Shown piece by piece: positions 23,900 through 37,243 of a stretch of 64,000 nucleotides of DNA. A model generated the notes under the pieces. The model had not been told where the DNA came from, did not search any database, and saw nothing but the letters and a program-made list of their open reading frames with translations. A program made the position numbers and the translations under genes. Each line of letters starts with the position of its first letter. Within the stretch, counting starts at the first letter, position 1. The stretch spans positions 2,728,001-2,792,000 of the forward strand of contig OU015567.1 of assembly GCA_907165135.1 (NCBI GenBank), read 5' to 3'. This DNA comes from Oikopleura dioica. Taxonomy: Eukaryota > Animalia > Chordata.

Positions 23900-24901
23900 T
23901 CTTTGCAAATCAAAATTTCCTTGAAATTGCGGTGGTTAACTTCGCAAATGTCGTGCACTTTGTCTGGCCATATAAAAAGATGGATGGTTACGTTAGATTT
24001 TTATCAGAAGATAGACATGAAACTTTTTACTTTCGCGCAAGTTGGAATAATTTCCGTCTTCAGCTTCAAATTGAAGGAAATTGAAAACAGCTGCCATGTC
24101 TGCTCAGGTACTAAATCAAAACCCCTCCCAACGTATTAAACCCTTTTTCAAGAAACAAGGGATCATACAGGCGCGATACTCAGCGGCAGCAACTGTTTCA
24201 AACCAACATCAGATTCCCTCATTCCCTGCTCTGGCTTCTGCCTGGACAAAATGAGCTTCGACTGGACGATAAATGGTCGCCAACTAATCAAAATCGACCG
24301 TTTCTGCGCCGGATCAACGGAGAAAGAACCAACCTGTAAATATTACGAGCAATCTGGCGGGCGAGCAAAAGACTGCCAAAAATACTGTAGTGGACATGCC
24401 TGTAACAATGATCTAAGCGCTGGCGAAATTGACAGCGTAGGAAAAATCGAGACTTGCTTGGTGTGTGCTAATATCAATGGAGAAGGTTATAAAGAAAAAC
24501 GGCTGGGATCATTAAACGTTTATAAATTAAGGTGATGCTAACTGCGAAGAATCAGATAATTTGGAATCAGAAGTCTGCCCGCCTTATCTCTCAGAGGGAT
24601 GCTTTTCAGGCACCGGTCGGAATAAAGTTTTTATTCAAATTTAAGAGGATAATTGATTTTGAAAATAAGTCCGAGACAAATTTGTGACCGTTTTGAAGCG
24701 TTTTCTTCTTACAGTATTGATGCTGCACCTTTGGGAAATACAACCGGAAAAGAAATCTATCGTGGATGCTCTGCTTTTGCTCTAGAATCCGGCTTTGAAT
24801 CGGTCAGTAGAGACTGGTACAATGGCCAATTTGCGAAAGCGAGGAGAGAGTTTTGCGACGAAAATGACTGTAATGACAAAATTATTGATGTAAATATGTA
24901 A
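23900..24901 (+). CDS. Cys-rich Ly6/uPAR(three-finger)-like repeat protein, boundaries approximate
   Basis: Exons give SCHVCSG..NCFKP..PCSGFCLD..RFCAG..PTC..DCQKYCSGHACN, then TCLVCA..RGCSAF..EFCDENDCN; the CxxC start and CN end are typical of LU-type domains. Confidence 0.5.
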
Positions 24902-25161
24902 AAATGTCTTTTCTATACTATTAAAATCTTTCTCTATTGCTTCATTTTTTCTTCTCCAAAGTCAGTTCTTCTGAAAAATCTTCTGAAAAAGCCTCTTATA
25001 AAAATCGCACAATTTGAGTTTTCGCTTGCCTAGCAGACTGATGATAAGCGCTGTCCACCACAGCTTGCGACATTCTAAAAACGCGACTAGATATTGTCGA
25101 TAAATATGTATGCCTTCCATCATTTTCTTAGCGCTCATTATCATTTTTTCGAGAAAAGGAA

Positions 25162-26421
25162 ATGTTGGTTTTCGCATTTTTCGGAATTTTCAACGCGTTT
25201 GCTTACGACTACGATTATGACTACGAAACAGGAAAGAAAAATAAATACTCGGATCCAGGAAACACCGGTAGTTCCGCGCTTCTAGAGATCAAGGAAGGAG
25301 AGGACTGGTATACAGTCACGGACAAATACGGAAAAAAGAAACTGATCAAGTTCGACTTCCAAATCATCGAAGAGAAAAACGCGAAATACTGCGGCTTCAT
25401 CAAAATTGGCTACAACCTGCGAAGAACTCTGAAAAACGAGAACTATGGAAATCTTGTGATCGGAAAATACATCAGCGATTTCTTCGATGTTTACGATAAA
25501 TGCGGAGGGGATGAACTTCCATGCGATTTTTTCGAAGCAAAAACGGCGAGAAAGACCGCCGAAAAATTCTTTTCATTTCTCAAGAACACAAAAAAGCACT
25601 GCAACGATTATAAACTAAACGAACTAATCGACAAAATCCCCAGTTCAGTCAATACCAAAGAATTCTCCCTTCGCCACCGCACGCTAAAAAATCCTCCTTT
25701 CTTCCTCGCCCCAGCTTTTCTCGTGTCAGAATCCGATAGTAGCGGCTCGGGCTCAGGCTATATTCCCCGACCAACACGAACGAAGAAAACGACAACATAC
25801 AAAACAACCACCACTACAACCACTACATCGACGACTACATCGACTTATTCCTTCACCTATCAACCTTACGAGCCGGAAATAACCGAAATCGTCCATTTTC
25901 CCGAATTTGTCGAAAATCCTCCAAGGTAGAAAAAAATGACTTTATTTTCTTTATGATTTTTCAGCTACTGTCCTAATGAAAATTTGATCGTGCCAAATTT
26001 TGTCAACAATCCTACTGAGTGCCAAGTGAAGTACTCATTTGTCTGCATCTTCGCTCGGCTGGATAAATTCAGAAAAGAAAATTACAGCTGTTTTGATGAG
26101 TTCAGCCATGTTGCTGGAAGAGTTCTGCTTGAAATTACGAGATTATCTGTTGTTGGAGATGGCGATCGTCACTGGTAAGATCGACCAATTTGCTTTTTCT
26201 ACTTATTGACCCTTTTCAGTATCTACCGAACCTTCGAGGCTCCCTGCTTTCTTCTCAACTTTTCGACCTCCCGAACGATTTCCGATTTCTCGAACAGTCT
26301 AACAGACATCATCCGCTACATCGACAGCGAGTGCGGAAAAGACTCGCTCAAGGAAACGATCATGAGAGACATTCCCGTTCTCAACTCAATCAGTCAAAAC
26401 TGCTACAAGCCTTCGTACTAA
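25162..26421 (+). CDS. Secreted orphan with Ser-Gly and Thr-rich mucin-like linker and Cys-containing C-terminal domain
   Basis: 255-aa ORF with signal-like MLVFAFFGIFNAFA, DSSGSGSG and TTTYKTTTTTTTTSTTTST. Further exons at about 25965-26175 and 26220-26421 read in frame (YCPNE..TECQVKYSFVC..; ..QNCYKPSY*). Confidence 0.6.
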
Positions 26422-29400
26422 TAAAAACCAGCTTTATTCATAAAATTTTCAAACTGAACTTTCATGAAACTTATTGATGTAGACTTCCATCGTTGATCCC
26501 TGGTAGCTCTTGTTTGATTTGATTGAGACCAAGCTATCAGAAGGACTAAGTTTTTCGTCATCGATGTTATTAGCAAGGCGGCTGGCTGTCAGCGTATTTC
26601 TTTGATCGGATTTTTTTCATCGTATTTTGCCTCGAAAATCTGAAAAAACAAAACCAGTCCTGATAATCTCCGTTTGCCAATTACTATTCGCTTTCTTCCT
26701 GAAGCATTTTCTCGACTCCCTCGGTTGAGGTCTTTCACAGCAACTCATCAGAAGAACTTTCAATCATTATTCGAAGAAATTTTCTTTGATAAAATTTTTG
26801 AATGATAGACCCTGAGTAAAACGGAAAGGCACAAAATGAGGTAGCTGAAATTACGAATGAGTAAAAGTGATTGAGAAAGAGAAGTTGGACTCGCAGACAT
26901 AATTTACCAAACTCCGATCAAATATCTCAAAGCTTAAAACTCGCTCTTAATTTATTGAATTTTGATTCAAAAGAAAAGAAGAGCGCGTCACTTTTTGAGA
27001 CAATTTGCGAGGTTTTGACTTTTCCAATCTACTGAAAATTGGGCTCATTAATTTATTATTAAATTACTCAAAATTTAATTCTTATTTTGAAGCCCTTCCT
27101 GACCAATGTTGTGCTGAGTTAAAGAACTTTTTCAAAATTAATAATCAACTCAAAATAAAATTTCAATTTTGTTCAATTCTTTGCACCAAAACTGCTGATT
27201 TTGCTGCACTTTCTCTTCGTTGTCTCCGGTCATCAAAGCCGCTCAAAAATAATTCCCTCTTTTTCTCTTTCTCTCATTCTTGCTTTCTACTTCTTTTATA
27301 TGATTTTTATCTGCCTCAGCGCGTTAAATCAGTTCGCTTTTCTACTGAATATTTAATTCAATTGGGCGTTTGTGTCCATCAACTAACGATAATAAGAGTT
27401 ACTCCTCTATCCAAACCTTCAACTTCTATGGAAGATACCGAAAATACCGAAATTGCATTTTTCGCAAAAATATTGGAAAGCCAATACTGTATTGCCGATA
27501 CAGTATTGACAGTACTAAATATGGAATGCCATCGGCAACACCATTATATCATTACTAATCTGATTGTTTGTTCGTTCGTTTTCTTGTTGTTTTTATGTTT
27601 TGCGCTTTATTGACACTTTTCGAAAGTACAATAAAAGTTAATTCACAAAAGATACTGTATAAAGGCACGTGCCAATTTAAAACAAATCGGTGGAAAAGAA
27701 AGTGGACCTGTATCAAACTAAAATGGAGAGAAAGGTGCTCGGAGGATTTCAACTGTGTCTGATTTTCATAAACCTAGGAGGCCTTCTTCTTTTTTTTCAA
27801 AAACTATCGCCCATAATCTTTACTGGACATCGAGAACTGCAGAAAACCGAAGAAAAGGGTTGAATTTTATTATCTAGCTTGACTCAAGAAATGCTCAAAA
27901 TTCAACCATAATATTAAACAGGCAAAATTGGAAGCTCTTCAAAACAACAAATCAGTCACTAATTAGCTCGATGTCGATTGATCCATTGACAAGGAAAATA
28001 TGGAACACTCCGGAATCGGTAGTTTTATTCGAAAGTCAAGTAAAATAAAAGTTAAGAAGAATGGAGGAGTTTTTGAGACGATCTTCGGAGACAAAGGAGA
28101 AACGATCAAACTCGAAATGGGTTCGAAAATATTTCAATAAGAAATATTCAATTTCTCCTTTTGCTTTTTACAGCCGTATCACTTTTCATTTTTACCTCTA
28201 TTGAAGGTCAAGCACCGCAAGGTCCTTCAAAGCCCATCACACCCACTAAAAGCTCATCCGATGGCGAGTCAATCTTTCTGCGTCGTCAATTCTGTCCTGA
28301 TTTACCATAAAGCAAACAGCCGAAAAATTGTGTTCCAAAACATTGCGTCGGGGAAAAACAGTCTTCTTACTTTAAAAAACGCAGGTTGAGCTTACATCTG
28401 AAAAGATTCAGCTTGCTTATATCAGTTTTAGCGGTTTATCGAAGACAAAGAAAACAAGGAAGAGAAGCGGCGGTTGGTTTCAGCTCTTTTTGCTTCAACC
28501 GGGTTGAATGCGGCGTCATTGCCTTTTATTTGGATAGAAAACGGAAAAGGATGAACTTTGCGAAAATTGATAGCAATGAAAAGAGCATAAAGAAAATTCG
28601 AAAAACTGCTTTCAAGAAGGTATAAAGTACGTTATTTTACAAAAATCGAGGGAAACTCCTTATTATAGAAAGCGATTCAAAAATGTTTCTCCGATGAAAA
28701 AAATCTAATCTGCTTGGGAGAAAAATCAAAAATGCTCGTTTTCGATCTTATATCTCTGAAGTACACAACAAAGAGAAGAAACAGTTTTCCGAATGGACAA
28801 GAGATTTCATCTATTTCAAGTTCCAAAGAGAAGATTTTGATAAGCCTGTTTAACAAAACATTGTTAGAATATAAACTACATTAAACAAGAAAATTGGGTG
28901 AAAATTTAATAATTGCTTTTTATTTTTCTAAGTTCTGGAAGCTAAGAACCCGACCGGAGGAATCTCGGCGCCAGGAAGGAGACAGAAACTTGGCGACAGA
29001 TTCAAAAGGGTTCAGTTCTGATTGAGAAGATTTTTATTTGCCGATTTCTGGCTCGGATTCTTCCTCAACTTGATCGCCAGTTCTTTTGTCCATCCAGCTA
29101 CTTCCGTCTTTCCCGATTTCTCGTGCCCTGGTTTGAGCAAATAAAGAACTTGAACGAGAATTACTGAAATTTAGAAGTTTTTGTCAAGTTAATCCTCTTT
29201 GACTCCATTCTTACCGGCGAGCTCGGAAAGCAAAATAAAGAATAAAGAAGAATAACCAACTTGAACCCCGCTTGATCCTTCAAAGCTTACACCTGACATC
29301 TTTTTTTTCTCTCTCTTTTCTTTCGAAAATTTCAACTTGAAATTTCGCTGCGTTGAATTTCAAATTGAGGCAATTGGGGAGGGCGTTTTTTAATTGAAAA

Positions 29401-29508
29401 GAATTAACCGATTCTCGACTGAAGACTAAAAAACATAAGAAAAATCTGAGGTAATCTTTTGTCTTTATTTCTTTGGGAAAACTTTACATAAGATTAATTA
29501 CAGGTAGG

Positions 29509-31330
29509 TCAGACTAAAAGCTGAATAAGTTTTCTCAGCGAGCGAACAGACTTCTTCTTTGGCTTCAGCGACTTGAACTCTTCTTTTTCAAACGAATTGA
29601 CCGGAGACTCCATCTTGTACGACAGATGATACAGCACTTAAACAGATTTTTAATTTCCTTGTCCATGAAACTGACTGATTTTTATAGCCGCCGTTAAAAA
29701 ATTTCGCCGTACCAAAGGGTTTGTGAGGACAAAACGAAGAAATTTATTTTTAGCTTGGACTCGGGATTTTACAACTTCCCATCGCGCTCCTCAGCGTGAA
29801 ACGGACAGAAAATTGAATTAATCTTCGCGGCACCCTGGCGTGTCTTTGAAGAATCACTCCTTTTTCGCGCCAAAATATGATTACGCCGCTAATGCCTCTT
29901 TTCTTTGAAGTGTAAAATAGGGGCTTATAGAAATTTCAAAGAGGGATTCGGAAAAAAATTCGTTTAAAAAATCTCTCGAAAATTTGTCTCAAAAACTTAC
30001 CATCATCAGAGAAGATCGTAAACGTCGTCAGAACTTCCATCACTTTGCACTTTTCCGTCGCACTGTTCTGTCCGCCTTTGCAGATCTGACAGGGCTCTGG
30101 AATCCGCCTCGCCGGTCTGGGAATCGCGCTCGCCAGCATTTTCGTCCTTGATTCCACTTCATGGATGCTTTGAGAATCATTCGCTCCCTGGGCAATCCAG
30201 AAAACGTCCTTTCCAACAAGCGTCAAATACGGCGCTAGAATCTCTCCCTTCGAACTGGCAAGCGTGAGTTCCTTTCGCAGGGATCGGAAGTTGTTCGACG
30301 GATTGGCGAGTAATTTTAAACTGGCGAAGTTTTTGAGCTCTGTGACCTTTGACCAAGTTTTTGAAAGTCTCTGGATCGGCTTGGAAAGCAGGGCAGTGGT
30401 GATGGTGACAGTTGCGTTGTAGTTTTTTGCGCGTCGACAGCAGCAGGCCAGGATGATGAACAGGTCGATCATTTTTGCCGCGTCGAGTGGGGAGGACGAT
30501 TTGAGGATGGCGATGGAGATCAAGGAGTTAAGCCTGAAAATAGTGATATTTTTCTCATTTTTCTGAGGATTGCTTACCTTGCCATCGAATTCAAGTAAGA
30601 ATTCCATCTTGGTCTGACCCCAGTTTGAACCAACTGAGAAATAATAACATCCCTGGAAAGATTCTTGTAGAAAGTCCCATCCATGAAATTGATGTGCGCG
30701 GCAAGTGGACCGATAGTTTTCTGGATGTCGAAGTTTTTGAGATTTGTGATGGGTTCGCTGAGAGGAGTGATTTTGCAAAAGAAGTTGGTCGAGACTCTGG
30801 TGTTGGTTTTCATCGAGGATTCTACCGTCGCGCGTTGATTTTGAGGCAAGAACTTGGCGGCGACGATTTCATCGAGGAACTTGCGCATCACGTGGAAGAC
30901 GATGTCGTCGACGAAAACCATCGGTTCTCGTTTGATCCAATCGACTACGATTTCAGTGATTCTCGACCTTGTGTCCAAACTGGTCAATTGAGGAATTTCG
31001 GGAAGAACGAGCTCATCGTCCGAAATGACGGAAGAAGCGATGCCGGAATCACGTGAGTACGGTTCTTCTAATTGGCTATCGAAGAGCTTGAGCTTTAGAT
31101 CTTTGATTTGGAGGAGGATCTCTTCGAGCTCATCGTCAGCTTTGGGCTCCTTTGGCACTTTTCGAGGGCGACGGATCGTGTGATAATTCGCGGTACTCAC
31201 AATTTGAGCAGTCTTGCATTTTGCCATTACAGTAGACTTGTTACTGTTTGAGTGATTGTTGAAGAGATGGCGCAACTCGCGAATGATCAAAAGCGGGGTG
31301 GTGTAAAGCTGGCAGCAGGAGAGCAGGGTT
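29509..31330 (-). CDS. RasGEF (REM plus CDC25 domain; RapGEF/Ral-GDS-like), 5' exons upstream not resolved
   Basis: REM-like YTTPLLIIRELRHLF and RITEIVVDWIK; CDC25-like LAAHINFMDGTFY, MIDLFIILACCCRRAKNYNATVTITTALLSKPIQRLSKTWSKV, LANPSNNFRSLR, APYLTLVGKDVFWIAQG and terminal LYHLSYKMESP. Confidence 0.85.
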
Positions 31331-34156
31331 GAAATCGTTTCCTATAAATTATGTAAAGCATTTTGTCAGAGCGATATCAATAATTCAATGAAAGAATTGG
31401 GTGGGAAAAATCATTCTGCGGTGTTTTCTTTTATTAATTATTGGCAATAATTGGAAAGGGCTAATGTCTTTTTGGTTCAAATTTAACATAGTGACACCCT
31501 TATTCATTTCATTTTTTTGACAAGAAACTCCCTTAAAAATCCCCCAAAAAAGCTGCAATTAGAAATTCTATGACGCCTGTTGTTTATTTATATCACAGTT
31601 GCTAGAGCGAAGATTTATTTGCCTTCCAAATTTGCTAGTTTGATCACACTTTTGTGATCAACGAAATTGAATAAATGTTTATAGAATATGTTTGGAGTGG
31701 CTTTTTCGTCAAAAACCGCGACTCGATATTGAGCTGGTCAATATTTCTATCAGCTGGAAAGAGGAGGGCCGTTGAAAAAATGAATTGAGGCTCAATTAAT
31801 ATGCAAATTAGATGGCTTTAAATTTGCATAATAAAGAAAGAACGGTTTGATAAACAAAATTGTTGTCCGAGGTTCTGAGAATAAGGTCACCGGCGAGATC
31901 GCGAAATTGAAAATTAACACAACCCCACTGGCCGCGAAATCCGCCTGGGAACGGGGCCGCTGCCGGGTGGATAGGGAAATTTTATGCCGAGTGGGAAAAT
32001 ATGAGGAAGGGAGTTATTGTTTTATTGCGGCTGATTTTGGCGCGTAAAAAAGTTCAGGACCGTTGGAACCTATCAAAAATGCCCTGAAAATTATTCGTAG
32101 TGAAAGAAGTCAGGAAAAACAAAGATTGCACTAGGAAATCTGATAAATTTCTAAATTATTTATTAAAATAAATTATTGTTTAAATGTTCCTTTTTTAAAT
32201 TTTTTCATTGAGAAACTTACTTGGCTTTTTTCTTTGACGATTTTTTCGACGATTAGTTTCGCGTAATCTTCTTTGGTAAATTTCGTTTTAGTCCTTGTTG
32301 ATTTCGGTAAAGTACCGTACATTCTATCTCTCTTGTAGAAAATTCTTTTGGATTCGGTATTTTTTTTTTGGTTTGTCAGAAATAATTAAAATGGACTCCC
32401 ATAGTCCCCTCCCGTTCTTCCTCCGTACTCGAGTGAGGGCGCGAGAGTGCGAAAATGCGGCTGCGCGCGATTCGGCGCAAATTGCCTCGTTGAACAGCTG
32501 ATGCCGCCGTCTGGGGAGGATCTTTTTTGTTGATTGGCGACAGCAGGATTCAACAGAATGTCTCTACGAGGATAATATTAAATTTGGAGGAGACTAAGGC
32601 TTGTTCAAGGTCTTTTAGGTCGATTAAGGTGATCAAGGTCGTTAAAAGAGGGCTTTTTCGATGAAAATTATACAAAATTTCGTCAAAATTTCGTTAAGAA
32701 TTTTTCAATTTTGACCTTAAATATATTTATCATGAAAAAATAAAATTCAAATTTTCAGATTCAAAAAATATCAGATGAAGTTTTACTGAAGTTTTTTTCT
32801 GACGGGAAAATGGCTATTTACTTTTGTCGAAATAAAAAGTCGGAAGAGCCACTCGAGCTTTTCTGAAGTTTCGAAGACAAGAGCTAAAAACCAACATGAA
32901 GACAAACTGCCGTGTAAATAGAACTTGGCGAGCTTCTCTTGTGGAATATTCAAAACGCAAACATCAGACTCTTACTGTTCACTCACGGACTCAGGAAGAA
33001 AGGTCAGGATTTATCGCTGTATCTCAAGGTCAACTTATTTTTGACCTGGTCTTTGTCAGAATTGATCATCGTTGATGTTCAAAAAAAGAGCTTCATTAAC
33101 AATCTTAGGCCTGAATCGTCACTGTCTTCTCGACGATTCCGGGTAGACAAACCGGCGATTTAGTTTTTATGACTGAAAATCTCAAAAAATCTCGTTGATT
33201 TCGCTAATTTATGAGCTCCGAAATGTCATCGAAAGTCAGAACTTGCTATTTACACTCATCGCCACCTGCTTACTCTCTTTTTTATTGCATGTTTGTTTTC
33301 TCGAGAATATTTATGATGATCAATAATTTTCAAATTAAATTTTGCTCACTTATAAATTGTAAATCAATCATTTTTGCCCCACCTGAAGATGAAAGATCAA
33401 ATGATTGATCATTTTTGACTGATCTTTTTCTTTCATCAAGGTCAGGGGCGCTCGGCGTGTGCCTAGAAATCGGTTTCGTCACGGTTTTTTTTACTTCAAC
33501 TGATTTTTTTTTAATCGGCAAGGTGTGTTTGGTCTTTTTTGATGAGTAAGGGGATTGTTATCGAGGTCAAAGGAGACGTTGCGGAGCTGGTTTTTGAGGC
33601 TGTATTGATCGGAAATAAAAATGAATACAGTAAGGAGGTGATAAGATGGTGATTGCTTATCAGGAAATATGGCGATTTCTGAGGTTTCGTTTCTTTACAT
33701 TTTCGGGAAACTCGATTTTCAGGTTTAGAAAAAATGAAATCAAGGAAGAACACCATCAGATAGGCAATGTTTTTGAAAAGCTTTCGCTTGAATTTTGAAT
33801 TTTGTTGCCCTAATTCTGTTACTGTATCGAGAAACAGTAGTTTCTACGCACTCTTTTATCGTCGCGGTTTGCTCCTCCAATTTGCTCAGCAAGACGAAGC
33901 AAATTCAATTCTCTTCCGACCCCGTTAAACAGAGCATGAATGACGGTTCTTGTCGGAAGTACATTTTCCACAATTCAACGCACACGGACGCTTTCAATTC
34001 CGGTTTTTATTGGAACGGGCAAGAGCGTGTTCAGCTTTTTATATCCATCATCAAGTTTTTGGGAAAAACGTCATTTCGAACTCGTCATCATTTATGTATA
34101 TTCAGAAGAAAAAAGCCCCTCGAATTAGTCAGAATCATAATTTTTATTGACGATCT

Positions 34157-34452
34157 TAATCACAGGTTTGATTGTAGAACGTTTTCGATTTTATTTCAAA
34201 TCATCATCAGTACTAATTAAAGTTATAAGGAAGAACATTTGTAAAATACCTCTGTTTATGAGAAAGCGAACTTACGCTAACTGAAATCAAAAACGCGAGA
34301 AGGCGAAAACAAGCGTTTTTGATTTCAGTTAGCGTAAGGTCGCTTTCTCATAAACAGAGGTATTTTACAAATGTTCTTCCTTATAACTTTAATTAGTACT
34401 GATGATGATTTGAAATAAAATCGAAAACGTTCTACAATCAAACTTGTGATTA
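34157..34452. mobile_element. Foldback MITE: about 140-bp near-perfect arms with a 17-bp spacer
   Basis: TAATCACAGGTTTGATTGTAGAACG..GAAATCAAAAACGC pairs with GCGTTTTTGATTTC..CGTTCTACAATCAAACTTGTGATTA. Confidence 0.8.
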
Positions 34453-34659
34453 TTAACGAAGTCAACCATCTACATATTGACGATCTTATTTTGGTCGAAA
34501 TTTGCTTGTCAGATCTTAAAACCCTACTCATATCAAACGAGTTATTTTTCGCGAGCGTGACTTTTATTACTGATTTTATTTATTGTTATGTGATTTTTTC
34601 TTGTCTTTTTACGATTTTTACCAATTTTAACGCCACATTGTGAGATTTCGTCAGAGAAA

Positions 34660-34731
34660 ATGAGGCTAAGGTTTATTTTTTCGTATTTTTTTCTGTGCAC
34701 TTCTGCAACTACAACGACAACAACTACAACT

Positions 34732-34802
<71 letters not shown>

Positions 34803-37068
34803 AGCAGCTTGTGTCGAGTTCCGAAACATGGGCGTTTCAACATTTGCTTTTTCAACTGCTCAGGAAAGATGCCAAGAAATAGGAGGTGACTTGCCATTTT
34901 TCAATAACGAGCAAGAATTGGATGCCTACAACGCTGTAAGATGTCATCGAAACGAGTGGGTCGGAATCCAACTTACAAATGGAAGCACCTGGACAAATAT
35001 GAATGGTGTTGAGAGCACTGTTTTGAATTGGGCTAGTGGACAGCCGAGCAGCGGGGAAGATTGCACTTATAGCAGCAATTATTTTAGCACAAACCAAGAA
35101 AAGGTAGTGCATTTTTGGAAGACTAATAAGCTTTCTGTATTTGGCCTACCGGCTAGGGTAGGCCAAGAAAAAAGTAAAGTCTCATTTCAGCAAATTTTAT
35201 TGCAGATTCTGATAGATCTCGACGAGGCGAACATTTTGATACCCAATACAAGTAGGCAAGTTGAGGGGAAGACCTCCGAAATCGGTATTCAAAACTGTAC
35301 TTTTTTGCGTAGGCGGGGTTTTAGTATTCAAGTTTTACTGTTTTTCTCAGTCAGAAAGTTTTTGAAACTCACTTTACAAAGGCCCACTGTAATGACCTCT
35401 GAAAGTTTGAACAGGATCTGAAGACTTCATCCTTTTCTGGCCTACTTTACTACCGGCCAATGAAAACCCAGATCCATAAAATCACTTCCTGTTCTTGGTT
35501 CTGTCCAGTCTTCGCATAAATGGCACGATTGGAGTTGCAATGCAGGTTATTATTTCTCTTGCCGAATTGACCACAACACAAGCTGTGAGGACGCCAATAT
35601 ATCAACAACTGCAAGATCAACAACATGTGGGGGAAACATCAGCGATTTTCAAACGATCACTTCCCCCGGCTTCGATTCTGATTGCCTCGCGTATTTTAAC
35701 GATCTCAATTGTGTCTGGACTATCGAGCTTGGCGACGTTGTTGGCTTCAACATTGTCAAACAAAACTTCCAGCTCGAGAGCAGGAGTACCAATACCGGCA
35801 ATTGCTTTGATTATGTGCAAATAACGGACGGCACAGGAATCCCGAAAACTTTCTGCGGGACCGAATTCGAAACCTTATCCATCCAAGGTGGCTCTGCCAC
35901 GATTTTGTTTGAGAGTGACGAGACGGTTACGACTAAGGGATTTCAGTTTGACCTCACGGCAGCGACTTTAACAAGGTTAATTTTGATTCTTTTACGTTTT
36001 TCTTCATAAATTAAGCCATCCGATCTTCTCTTTGGACTGTTCTGAAATGAACTTCAATCTCACTCTTGATCAGAATACCTTCGACTTCTTTTTTAACAGG
36101 GCGGAATTTACGAACAGAATTGTCTTTGACACGCCTTGCTCCCAAAATAATATAATATCGTCTAAATCAGGTTCAAAGTAAAATAAGATTCGAGACCAAA
36201 ATTTTTTCGAAGTTAATTTTGATGAATGCGGAGTTACGAGCAAAGCTAAAGAAGACCTATCGAAAATTGATTTTACGTTAAACTTTGCGGTCGAGGAGAG
36301 ACTCAATGTAAGTTGAAATTCTGAAGCTAGACATTTTCAATAATTTCAGTTGACTGATGCCCTGACTCTTACTCCTTTTCAATTCACTTGTTCCGTCGAC
36401 TCCGACTTTTCGAGCAATATAACTTTGGTAAATTTTTCCTCTTTGTAAAACTGCTTATCACGATTAAGAGCATCGATGATATTAAACAAACTAACAAAAC
36501 ATCTCTGGTCATTCCTTCCGAACTCGGGTCGCCCGATTTCTGCGAGTATACCAGCTCCCAGACTTGTGATCTCAACACGCTCTCAAAGATTCAAGTCGGG
36601 AGTGAGATCGTAATTGATTTTGACAAGTTGGAGAAGGGATTTGGGATGCGTATTGACTCCATCAAAATTAAAGCGACCTCTAGCTCTTCTGACGAGATTT
36701 CTTTAGGTAAGAGAGATTTTCTTAAAGAAAAAGAGATGGAACGAAAACTTTTAGTAACTGATGGATGTGCTCAATTCAGCACTGATTCAGTCTCAACGAA
36801 TGGTCGGACTTTCAAGTGGAAAGTTTTCAGATTCACAACTTCACAAGAAATTCACTTTGAGGCGAGTTCTCCTCCTTGATTTCAGAAAAACACGGCTTCA
36901 TTTCAGTTCTCCCAATTAATTTGTGATGTCTACGACAATGTCTTCTGCAATGGAGTCTCGAACTGCTCTCTCGTCGGAAATGACGCATTATTTTCATCTT
37001 TGACAAGCAACAGTAGAAAACGAAGGAGTGCTTCTCGGGAGACAGCGATTCTTAGACATGAGTTTTAG
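34660..37068 (+). CDS. Secreted poly-Thr / C-type lectin / CUB domain protein (3' end approximate)
   Basis: Signal peptide, 32 Thr, CTLD (FSTAQERCQEIGGDLP..WVGI..NWASGQPSSGEDC), CUB (CGGNISDFQTITSPGF..YFNDLNCVWTI..NCFDYVQITDG..KTFCG..FESDETVTTKGF), and a second CUB-like region at 36500-36880. Confidence 0.8.
34708..34803 (+). repeat. (ACN)32 coding trinucleotide repeat (poly-Thr)
   Basis: 96 nt of ACA/ACG/ACT codons, largely alternating ACA-ACG. Confidence 0.95.
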
Positions 37069-37243
37069 AATAATCGATAATATAAGATTAAAGAAGGTTT
37101 CGAACTCAAATAAGACACAAAATTATCGTCGAAGATTCAACAAATCCAATCGTTCTGTCTAACATCGATGGGATCTACGTTATCAGAGGAGCGTGAATTT
37201 CGTGATGTTGTATGTTTTTGAAAGAACTTAACCCTGTCTCGAG

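Noticed and set aside
27005-28625. ORFs 27005-27613, 27568-27762 and neighbours, plus an 11-bp-stem hairpin at about 27482-27508
   Set aside because: They are AT-rich and low-information with no recognisable domain or consistent splice chain; a single short hairpin is expected by chance.
34542-34889. Poly-Val (minus) and Asn/Asp-repeat (plus) ORFs
   Set aside because: They are other readings of the (ACN)32 tract; only the Thr frame links a signal peptide to the lectin domain.
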